NCBI GenBank assembly: GCA_964437835.1
Contig: CAYTJA010000466.1
Coordinates: 6,019 to 70,018, forward strand
Reading direction: 5' to 3'
Source: an uncultured Spirochaetales bacterium
Lineage (GTDB): Bacteria > Myxococcota_A > UBA9160 > SMWR01
Length of the DNA: 64,000 bases
Positions 51,581-60,105 of the stretch are shown here, in pieces. A program made the position numbers and the translations under genes. Numbering within the stretch: the stretch's first letter is position 1; each line of letters starts with the position of its first letter. The notes under the pieces are model-generated. The model did no database searches. It was not told where the DNA came from and was given only the letters and a program-made list of their open reading frames with translations.

Positions 51581-52270
51581 GTGGAGGACGAGGGCTGCAG
51601 CGCATCCCAGACCCCGCGCGGAGCCCCCGCGTGGACGCTCACGCTCGCGGACCTGATGACGCTACTGCTCGCGTTCTTCGTGCTGCTCTACGCGACCGCG
51701 CGCACGGACGCGCAGAAGTTCCGGCAGATCACGAGCTCGCTCCAGGGCGCCTTCGGCCCGCGCGCCGCGCAGGGCGCCGCGAGCGACGCGCTAGCGCAGC
51801 AGCCCGAAACCGCTGCGGACTCCGAAGCCCGCCTGCTCGAGGGGCTCGGCGCCGCGCTCGAAGAGCGCGGCCTTTCGCGCGCGGTCGCGATCGAGCGCGA
51901 GCCGCGTGGCTTCCGCCTGCGCGCAGCGGTCGAGCTCTTCTTCCTGCCGGGCAGCGCCGAGCTCGCGCCCGGGGCGCTCGTCGTGCTCGACGACATCGGC
52001 GAGCTCGCGCGCGCGTTGCCGCACGAGGTCGCGGTGATCGGGCACCCGGACGCCGCTCCGGCGCAGCGGGAGGACGCAGAGGCCGGCTGGCCCCTCGCCG
52101 CGGCGCGCGCGATCGCGGCGGTGCGCTATCTGGTCGAGATCGGCGCGGTCGATCCCGCGCGCGTCTCGGCGATCGCGCGCAGCGGCGCGCGCGGAGCCGA
52201 AGCCGGCGGTCTGGTGCCGGCGGAAGCCGCTCCGCACCCGGTCGAGTTCCTGTTCCAGCGCGCGAAGTAG
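51581..52270 (+). CDS. motB: flagellar stator protein MotB (OmpA-like C-terminal domain)
   Basis: 229-aa ORF, GTG start 3 nt after the motA stop. APAWTLTLADLMTLLLAFFVLLYA plug/TM region. OmpA-like FLPGSAELAP...WPLAAARAIAAVRYLV. Confidence 0.85.
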   Translation: MEDEGCSASQTPRGAPAWTLTLADLMTLLLAFFVLLYATARTDAQKFRQITSSLQGAFGPRAAQGAASDALAQQPETAADSEARLLEGLGAALEERGLSRAVAIEREPRGFRLRAAVELFFLPGSAELAPGALVVLDDIGELARALPHEVAVIGHPDAAPAQREDAEAGWPLAAARAIAAVRYLVEIGAVDPARVSAIARSGARGAEAGGLVPAEAAPHPVEFLFQRAK

Positions 52271-52516
52271 CGGGCAGCTTTCAGCCTGAGCGATCGGCTC
52301 CGCGGCGGGCTTTCGATTCGAAGCTCCCCGTTCAACGCGAATGCCCGATTGCAGCGCGAAAGCCCCCGCATGGCGCACCCGGAAGCATCGGCTCAGTAGA
52401 AGTACTGATGCATGTGACTCCAGATTCCTGCGGAGCGCAGTCCGTACAAACCCCGAGCCGGCCTCGGTCAGACTGCGCATTCTTCCGTCGGCAACGAAAA
52501 AATCCTGCTCGGACGC

Positions 52517-52543
52517 TCAAGCAGCCGGCCTCCCCGCCGATCC
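52517..52543 (+). promoter_or_regulatory. weak sigma-28 (FliA)-like promoter candidate
   Basis: TCAA-N15-GCCGATCC versus the enterobacterial consensus TAAA-N15-GCCGATAA. About 50 nt upstream of the histidine-kinase start. Followed at 52549-52561 by the perfect palindrome GTGCAAcTTGCAC. Confidence 0.25.
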
Positions 52544-52592
52544 CAAACGTGCAACTTGCACATCCCGTGCGAGTTGAAAGGCGGGGTGAAAA

Positions 52593-53393
52593 GTGGTCAC
52601 GACGGCACAGATCCCCGGATCCGAGCCGGGCGCGCTTTCGGATTGGAAGCGGCTGGCGGCAGGATCTGCCGCGCAGACCGAGACCGGCGCCAGCTCCGCC
52701 GATCTGCCGCAGCAGCGGCCGGCCGCGCTCTCCGCTCTCGATGCGGCCACGCTCGCCCACCGCCTGCGCAATCCGCTGACCGCGATCCACCAGTCGGTCG
52801 AGACCCTGGCTCGCAGCCTGCCCGCTGGCAGCCGCGAATCCGAGCTCTGCGAGATCGCGCTCGACGAGACGCGGCGCCTCGAGCGCACGGTCTCGCGCGC
52901 GCTGCGCGGCGCGCGCAACCTCGAACGCAGCCGCGTCGAGATCGGCGGGCTGGTGCGGCGCATTGCGGGGCGGATCGCACTCGACCCGAGGCTCGAGCGG
53001 GGAATCGATCTCCAGCTGCGCGTCGACGACGCAGAGCTCTTCGCGAACGTCGACCCCGATCGCGTGAGCGAGGCGCTCGCGAGCCTGCTCGAGAACGCGC
53101 TCGACGCGGTTTCGCAGGGCGGGCAGATCGCGATCGCGGTCGCCGCTCAGCACTCCCTCGGCGTTTGCGGCCTGCGCATCGACGTGCGCGACAGCGGCGC
53201 GGGCTTCGACGAGCGGGCCCTGCGCGCCGGGCCGCAGCGCTTCCACTCGACCAAGCCGCTCGGGCTCGGCATCGGGCTCTTGATCGCGCGTGAGGCCGCA
53301 GAGGCCCACGGCGGCTTCCTGCGCTTGCGCAACGCCGACGAAGGCGGTGCGCGCGTTTCTCTGTGGCTGCCGCTCGAGCCGGTCGGACGTTAG
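52593..53393 (+). CDS. soluble sensor histidine kinase in flagellar cluster (FlrB/FleS-like position)
   Basis: 266-aa ORF (GTG start). H-box LAHRLRNPLTAI. HATPase_c N/G boxes LLENALDAV, DSGAGF, GLGIGLLIAR. The 896-aa ORF on the opposite strand is antisense noise. Confidence 0.8.
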   Translation: MVTTAQIPGSEPGALSDWKRLAAGSAAQTETGASSADLPQQRPAALSALDAATLAHRLRNPLTAIHQSVETLARSLPAGSRESELCEIALDETRRLERTVSRALRGARNLERSRVEIGGLVRRIAGRIALDPRLERGIDLQLRVDDAELFANVDPDRVSEALASLLENALDAVSQGGQIAIAVAAQHSLGVCGLRIDVRDSGAGFDERALRAGPQRFHSTKPLGLGIGLLIAREAAEAHGGFLRLRNADEGGARVSLWLPLEPVGR

Positions 53394-53402
53394 GGGGTTT
53401 TC

Positions 53403-54770
<1,368 letters not shown>

Positions 54771-54792
54771 TCGGAGCTGAGGGAGATCGCGT

Positions 54793-55536
54793 ATGTCTGA
54801 CGCAGCGAAACCGAAAGTCCCCCCCGCCCCGGAAGCAGCCGCGGGCGCAGGCAAGCAGAAGCGCCTCGCCGCGCTGCTGATCCCGGCCGTGGCCGGGCTC
54901 GCGATCGGCGTCGGCGGCGCGACCGGCTGGTTCGTGTTCGCCTCGCAGGGCGCGCCGGCCGCCGAGGAGTCAGCGGAGCACGGCTCCGACGAGCCCGCCG
55001 AGGGCGATGCGGAGGGCGACACCGGGCACGGCGCTGCAGCGGCTGCGGACCACGCGGAAGACCCGCACAGCGAGGACGCGCCCGCGGCGTCCGCGCACGG
55101 CGACGCCGAACCCGCAGCCGCAGATCAGGACAAGAGCGAGCACGCCGACTCCGGCCACGGCGGCAGCGGCAAAACGGGCGGCCGCAGCCACGGCGGTGGC
55201 GGCGGTCACGGCGAAACTCCGGACGCGAATGGCAAGGGCCCGCTGTGGAGCCTCGATCCGATCGTCACGAATCTCGTCAACGACGGCACCCCGATGCTGC
55301 TGAAGCTAAAGCTCGAGCTCGGCTTCGCTTCGGAGGAGGCCCGCGAGCAGGCGATGGGAAGCGACTCCGCCGTGCGCGACGCCGTGCTCACGCTGGTGTC
55401 GTCGCGCCGCGTCGCAGATCTGACCAGCTTCGAGGGCAAGGTGCTGCTCAAGGAAGACATCCGGATGCGCCTCGACCACGTGCTGGACGGTCCGCAGCTG
55501 AAGAGCGTTCTCGTGACGGAGTTCGTGATCCAGTGA
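54793..55536 (+). CDS. fliL: flagellar basal-body-associated protein FliL with long acidic/His-rich insert
   Basis: 247-aa ORF. TM helix LLIPAVAGLAIGVGGATGWFVF. About 95 aa of low-complexity D/E/H/A/G sequence. Conserved FliL domain LDPIVTNLVNDG...LKLKLELGF...VLVTEFVIQ. Confidence 0.8.
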   Translation: MSDAAKPKVPPAPEAAAGAGKQKRLAALLIPAVAGLAIGVGGATGWFVFASQGAPAAEESAEHGSDEPAEGDAEGDTGHGAAAAADHAEDPHSEDAPAASAHGDAEPAAADQDKSEHADSGHGGSGKTGGRSHGGGGGHGETPDANGKGPLWSLDPIVTNLVNDGTPMLLKLKLELGFASEEAREQAMGSDSAVRDAVLTLVSSRRVADLTSFEGKVLLKEDIRMRLDHVLDGPQLKSVLVTEFVIQ

Positions 55537-56492
55537 GCACCGAAGCCGAGCTGCTGACGCGCGAGGAGCTGGACGCAATCCTCTCCTCGGCCGACGCCTT
55601 CGCGGCGGAGGAGCCGAGCCGCCTCGCCGCGCCCTTCCGCTCGGCGCGGGAGCGCAGCCGCAGCGGTCCGCGCCATCCAGAGCTGCACCGCGCGCTCGAG
55701 TGGATGGCCTCGCGCTACGGCCGCGAGCTCGCGAGCCGGCACCAGCGCCGCATCCACTGCGAGCTCTCCGGCTGGGACGAGATGGGCGCCGAGGAAGCGA
55801 CCCAGTTCCTGATCGAGAGCGATCGCGTCGTGCTCTTCGAAACGCGCCCGAATCCCGCGACGGGCTTCCTGCTGTTCTCGCGGCCGGTGCTCTTCGCGCT
55901 GATGGCGCTCTCCTTCGGCGGCCGCCGCATCGATCGCGAGACGGTTCCCTCGCGCCCCTACACGCGCATCGAGCAGCGTTTCCTGCGCTGGCTCGCGGAG
56001 GCCATCGTCCCGATGCTCGAGTCCGAGCTGCGCCCGCTGCGCGGCACCGGGATCGAGCTCGGAGCCGTCGGCGCGCACGCCGAGATCCTGGATCGCTGCA
56101 CGGGATCCCTGCTCGTCGCGACGCTGGCGCTCGAGGGCCTGGTGCCGGTCGGGCGCGTGCGCATCGCGCTGCCGCTCTCCGGGCTCGAGGCCCCTCCCGC
56201 GGCGCTGCGCACGTCGGGCGCGAAGGCTGCGCAGGCGCTCCCGGTCGGCATCGACACGCTGCTCCAGGAAGTCGGGCTCGACCTGCGCGTCGAGCTCGGC
56301 ACGGCCGAGATCACGCTGCGGCGCCTCAGCGAGCTTCAGCCCGGCGACCTGATCCATCTGCAGCCCTCGGATCCCGACGGCTACCTGGTGCGGATCGAGG
56401 GCCAGCCCAAGTTCACGGCCACACCCGGAAGTGTCGGAAGCCGGACGGCCATCCAGATCCAGGAACGCTGCCGACGACGCGGAGGAAAGTGA
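55533..56492 (+). CDS. fliM: flagellar motor switch protein FliM
   Basis: Track ORF 55245..56492 trimmed to GTG 55533 (GTGA overlap with the fliL stop). N-terminal LTREELDAIL (CheY-P-binding-like LSQxEIDALL). C-terminal SpoA-like LSELQPGDLIHL. Confidence 0.85.
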   Translation: MSTEAELLTREELDAILSSADAFAAEEPSRLAAPFRSARERSRSGPRHPELHRALEWMASRYGRELASRHQRRIHCELSGWDEMGAEEATQFLIESDRVVLFETRPNPATGFLLFSRPVLFALMALSFGGRRIDRETVPSRPYTRIEQRFLRWLAEAIVPMLESELRPLRGTGIELGAVGAHAEILDRCTGSLLVATLALEGLVPVGRVRIALPLSGLEAPPAALRTSGAKAAQALPVGIDTLLQEVGLDLRVELGTAEITLRRLSELQPGDLIHLQPSDPDGYLVRIEGQPKFTATPGSVGSRTAIQIQERCRRRGGK

Positions 56493-56851
56493 TGAGCGAG
56501 ACGCCCAAACAAACCCCGGGCCGCGAGCCCGCTGCAGGCGCAGCCGATGCCTCGGCAGTGCCGCGAGTCGCAGCCGGAGCGAGCCGCGGCCGCAGCGGCC
56601 TCGACTTCGTGCTCGACGTGCCGCTGCGCGTGACGGTCGAGATCGGCTCGACGCGCATGCTGGTGGCCGAGGTGCTGCAGCTCGACAAGGGCTCCGTCGT
56701 CGAGCTCGACCGCCTCGCGGGCGAGCCCGCCGACGTGCTCGTGAACGGGCGCCTCGTCGGCCGCGGCGAGGTCACGATGGTCGAAGACCGCCTCGCGGTG
56801 CGCCTGCTCGAGATCGACGGCGGTGGCGCGCCCGCGCGGGGCGAGAAATGA
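56492..56851 (+). CDS. fliN: flagellar motor switch protein FliN
   Basis: ATG 56492 is preceded by GGAGGAAAGTG. LDFVLDVPLRVTVEIGSTRMLVAEVLQLDKGSVVELDRLAGEPADVLVNGRLVGRGEVTMVEDRLAVRL. Confidence 0.9.
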   Translation: MSETPKQTPGREPAAGAADASAVPRVAAGASRGRSGLDFVLDVPLRVTVEIGSTRMLVAEVLQLDKGSVVELDRLAGEPADVLVNGRLVGRGEVTMVEDRLAVRLLEIDGGGAPARGEK

Positions 56852-56888
56852 GTCCCGCCGGGCCGGATCGCGCGCAGAGGAGATCGCC

Positions 56889-57953
56889 GTGAGGACGGTC
56901 GTCGCGCTATGTATCGTGCTTTCCCTGATCCTGCTGCTGCGCGGCGTGCTCGAGCTCTGGCTGCGCGCGCGCGGCGGGTCCAGGCGCCCCTCGCTGCGCG
57001 TGCTCGAGACGACGCGCCTCGCCGGCGGCCAGCATCTGCACGTCGTCGAGCTCGGCGGCCGCCGCTGGCTGGTCGGCGCGGCCTCGGGCTCGGTGCGCCT
57101 GCTCGAGGCACTGCCCGCGAACGCGGGCGAAGCGCGGCCCGGCGCGAGCCCCGAGGCGACTGCGCACCCCGGCACACCGGGTTGGCTGCGCGGACTGCGC
57201 ATCCTGCACCGCGCGAGCCACGTTGCACTCCTGCTCTGCGCGCTGCTCACACCCGGAGCCGCGCTGGCAGCCGCGGATCCGCTCGCGCAGGGCCTGGCGA
57301 GCGCGCTCGAGGGCGCCGGCGAGCCCGCGCGCCTGCACAGCACGCTCCAGGTGCTCGGCGTCGTGACGCTGGTCTCGATCGCGCCTTCGCTGCTGCTGAT
57401 GGCAACCTGCTTCACGCGCGTGCTGATCGTGCTGGCCTTCCTGCGCCAGGCCATGGGCATCCAGCAGCTGCCGCCGAATCAGGTGCTGGTGGGCCTCTCG
57501 CTCTTCGTGACGCTCTTCGTGATGGCGCCCGTCGGCGAGCGCATCCACGGCGAGGCGCTCGCGCCCTACATGGAACAGAAGATCGATTCGACGACGGCCG
57601 CCGACCGCGCCGTGGCGCCCGTCCGCGAATACATGGCGCAATTCACGCGCAGCGAAGACCTGGCGCTCTTCGAGGACCTCTCGGCAAGCAAAGCCCCCGA
57701 CGGCGACGCGCTGCGGCTCAGCACGTTGCTCCCGGCCTACCTGCTCTCCGAGCTGCGCACGGCCTTCCAGATCGGCTTCGTGATCTTCCTGCCCTTCCTC
57801 GTCGTCGATCTCGTGATCGCCTCGATGCTGATCTCGATGGGCATGATCGTGCTGCCGCCGATCGTGGTGTCGCTGCCCTTCAAGCTGATGCTCTTCGTGC
57901 TGCTCGACGGCTGGAACCTCGTGATCCGATCCCTCGTGAACGGGCTGGCCTAG
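56889..57953 (+). CDS. fliP: FliO-like segment and FliP export-gate protein in one continuous reading frame
   Basis: GTG 56889 is preceded by AGGAGatcgcc. The N-terminal ~95 aa is FliO-like (single TM VVALCIVLSLILLL, then RVLETTRLAGGQHLHVVELGGRRWLVGAASGSVRLLE). Then comes a FliP signal-like helix and the FliP core (VTLVSIAPSLLLMATCFTRVLIVLAFLRQAMG...FLPFLVVDLVIASMLISMGM). No stop and no in-frame ATG/GTG/TTG lies between the two parts. Confidence 0.8.
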   Translation: MRTVVALCIVLSLILLLRGVLELWLRARGGSRRPSLRVLETTRLAGGQHLHVVELGGRRWLVGAASGSVRLLEALPANAGEARPGASPEATAHPGTPGWLRGLRILHRASHVALLLCALLTPGAALAAADPLAQGLASALEGAGEPARLHSTLQVLGVVTLVSIAPSLLLMATCFTRVLIVLAFLRQAMGIQQLPPNQVLVGLSLFVTLFVMAPVGERIHGEALAPYMEQKIDSTTAADRAVAPVREYMAQFTRSEDLALFEDLSASKAPDGDALRLSTLLPAYLLSELRTAFQIGFVIFLPFLVVDLVIASMLISMGMIVLPPIVVSLPFKLMLFVLLDGWNLVIRSLVNGLA

Positions 57954-57973
57954 CTCGTGAGGAGTGCCACGGC

Positions 57974-58246
57974 ATGAGCATCGAACAAGTCAGCGACCTG
58001 CTGCGCCAGACGATCCAGGTGACGCTGCTCGTCTCGGCGCCGATGCTGCTCGCAGCGCTCGGAGTGGGGTTGCTGGTCTCGCTGGTGCAGGCGGCGACGC
58101 AGCTCAACGAGCAGACCCTCACCTTCGTACCGAAGATCGTAGTCGTGCTCGGGGTGCTGGGCCTGTTGTTCCCGTGGATCATGGGGACCCTGGTCGACTT
58201 CTCGACCGATCTGATGCTGCTGGTGGCGCGCGAGGGCCGCCCGTGA
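57974..58246 (+). CDS. fliQ: flagellar export-gate protein FliQ
   Basis: 90-aa ORF from ATG 57974. LLVSAPMLLAALGVGLLVSLVQAATQLNEQTLTFVPKI. Confidence 0.9.
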   Translation: MSIEQVSDLLRQTIQVTLLVSAPMLLAALGVGLLVSLVQAATQLNEQTLTFVPKIVVVLGVLGLLFPWIMGTLVDFSTDLMLLVAREGRP

Positions 58247-59016
58247 CGGCAGCCGACGCCGCGCTCGAAGGCGTCGGCCTGTGGCTGGTGTCGAGCCTGC
58301 GGCTCACGGCACTCTTCGCGGTGGCGCCGCTCTTCGGCGACCGCTCGCTGCCGCCGCGCCTGCGCGTCGCTCTCGGCCTCGCCATCGCGGCCGCGCTCGC
58401 GCCGAGCCAGGGCGGCCTGGATCTCAGCGGGGGCAGCGCGCTCGACCTCGCGGGCGCGATCGCATGCGAGGTCGGCATCGGGCTCACGCTCGGCTTCGCG
58501 GCGAGCCTGGTCTTCACCGCCTTCGAGCTGGTGGGCGAATTCATCTCGGTCCAGTGCGGGCTCGGAGCCGCGACTGCGATCGACCCTTCGAGCGGATCCA
58601 TCTCGCCGGTCTTGTCGGGCACGCTGCGCGTATTCGCGCTGCTGGTCTTCCTCGCGACGCTCGGGCACCACGAGCTGTTGCGCGCCGCGGCGCACTCTTT
58701 CGAACAGATCCCGCTCGGCACGCTGCCGGATCCCGAGAGCTTCCGGGCCGTCGCGGGCCTCGGCGCGGGCCTGTTCTCGATCGCGCTGCGGCTCGCGGCG
58801 CCCTTCGCGGTCGCGATGCTGATCTCGAACCTCGCGGTCGGCATTCTCGGCCGCCTGGTGCCGCAGCTCAATCTGATGCTGCTGCAATTGCCGGCGACGA
58901 TCGCGCTCGCGCTCGGGCTCTTCGTGCTCGCCGCGAGCTCGCTGGTCGCCGCGATGGACCACGAGATCGAGCAATTCGGCCGCGCCGCGATCGCGAGCGC
59001 GCTCGGAGACAGCTAG
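58243..59016 (+). CDS. fliR: flagellar export-gate protein FliR
   Basis: GTG 58243 overlaps the fliQ stop (GTGA). Polytopic, with FliR-like blocks (RLTALFAVAPLFG, GFAASLVFTAFELVGEFIS). Confidence 0.85.
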   Translation: MTAADAALEGVGLWLVSSLRLTALFAVAPLFGDRSLPPRLRVALGLAIAAALAPSQGGLDLSGGSALDLAGAIACEVGIGLTLGFAASLVFTAFELVGEFISVQCGLGAATAIDPSSGSISPVLSGTLRVFALLVFLATLGHHELLRAAAHSFEQIPLGTLPDPESFRAVAGLGAGLFSIALRLAAPFAVAMLISNLAVGILGRLVPQLNLMLLQLPATIALALGLFVLAASSLVAAMDHEIEQFGRAAIASALGDS

Positions 59017-60105
59017 ATGGCCGAGCAAGCCGGCGAGCGCAGCGAAGCTCCGACCCAGAAGCGCATCGAAGACGCGCGCAAGCGCGGCGAAGTCGCGCAC
59101 TCGCGCGATCTCGCTGCCGTGCTGACACTCGGCGCGGGCGTGCTCGCGCTGTTCTCGTTCCCGGTCGCGGGCATCGCGACGAGCCTCTTCGAGCAGGCCG
59201 GCAGCAGCTGGGCGGGCAGCGGTGGCCTGCCCGAGAGCGCCGAGGACTTCCGCAACCTGCTCGCGCGCCACGCCATGGCTACGGCCGCGGCCTGCTGGCC
59301 CTTCCTGCTGGTGCTCTTCGGCGTCGGAACCCTCGTCTCGCTCGCGCAGACCGGCGGCGTCTTCAGCCCGGAGGCCTTCGCATTCAAGGCCAATCGCGTG
59401 AGTCCCGCGCAGGGGCTGAAGCGGATGTTCTCGAAAGACCGCCTGATCGACCTCGCCAAGGCGCCGCTCAAGGTCGCGGTGGTGCTCTTCGCACTCGGGA
59501 CGGCGCTGACTGCGGCGCTGCCCCACCTGCTCGCACTCTTCGCGACGCCGATCGAATCCTCCTTCGAGGTCCTGCGCGTGCTCTCGGGCGACTTCGCGCA
59601 AACGGCCTTCTCCGGGCTGCTGCTGCTCGGCCTGCTCGACTTCGCCTGGGTGCGCTTCCGCTACCAGGAGCGGCTCAAGATGACCCCGCGCGAGGTGCGC
59701 GATGAGCTGCGCGAACGCGAGGGCAGCCCGCAGATCCGCGGCCGGCGGCGCTCCCTGCAGCGCGAGCTCTCGCGCCAGCGCATGCTGGCCGAAGTCGGGC
59801 GCGCGGACGCCGTGGTGACGAACCCCACCCATTATGCGATCGCGCTGCGCTACGACCGCGCGATCATGGCCGCTCCGAAGGTCGTCGCGCGCGGCCGCGG
59901 CGAGCTCGCGCTGCGGATCCGGCGCGAGGCGCGCACGCACGGCGTGCCGATCGTCGAGAACCCGCCGCTCGCGCGCGTGCTCTACGCCGCCGGCCGCGTC
60001 GGCCGCGAAGTCCCCGCGCAGCTGTTCCAGGCGGTCGCGGAAGTGTTGGCCTTCGTCTACCGCATCGACCACCGGCGCGGGGAGAAGTGGAGCGTCAGCC
60101 GATGA
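59017..60105 (+). CDS. flhB: flagellar export switch protein FlhB
   Basis: 362-aa ORF. SEAPTQKRIEDARKRGEVAHSRDL N-terminus. NPTH autocleavage site (VVTNPTHYAIALRY). Confidence 0.95.
   Translation: MAEQAGERSEAPTQKRIEDARKRGEVAHSRDLAAVLTLGAGVLALFSFPVAGIATSLFEQAGSSWAGSGGLPESAEDFRNLLARHAMATAAACWPFLLVLFGVGTLVSLAQTGGVFSPEAFAFKANRVSPAQGLKRMFSKDRLIDLAKAPLKVAVVLFALGTALTAALPHLLALFATPIESSFEVLRVLSGDFAQTAFSGLLLLGLLDFAWVRFRYQERLKMTPREVRDELREREGSPQIRGRRRSLQRELSRQRMLAEVGRADAVVTNPTHYAIALRYDRAIMAAPKVVARGRGELALRIRREARTHGVPIVENPPLARVLYAAGRVGREVPAQLFQAVAEVLAFVYRIDHRRGEKWSVSR

Noticed and set aside
52371-52387. Sigma-54-like TGGCGC...GAAGCA element upstream of the flagellar kinase
   Set aside because: The GG-to-GC spacing is one nucleotide longer than the canonical -24/-12 spacing, and the -12 region lacks TTGC. 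It also lies >200 nt from the start codon.
56823-56888. Track start (GTG 56823) for the fliO-P ORF
   Set aside because: It overlaps the fliN 3' end by 29 nt and lacks an RBS. GTG 56889 has AGGAG six nt upstream and begins directly at the FliO TM helix. This remains uncertain.
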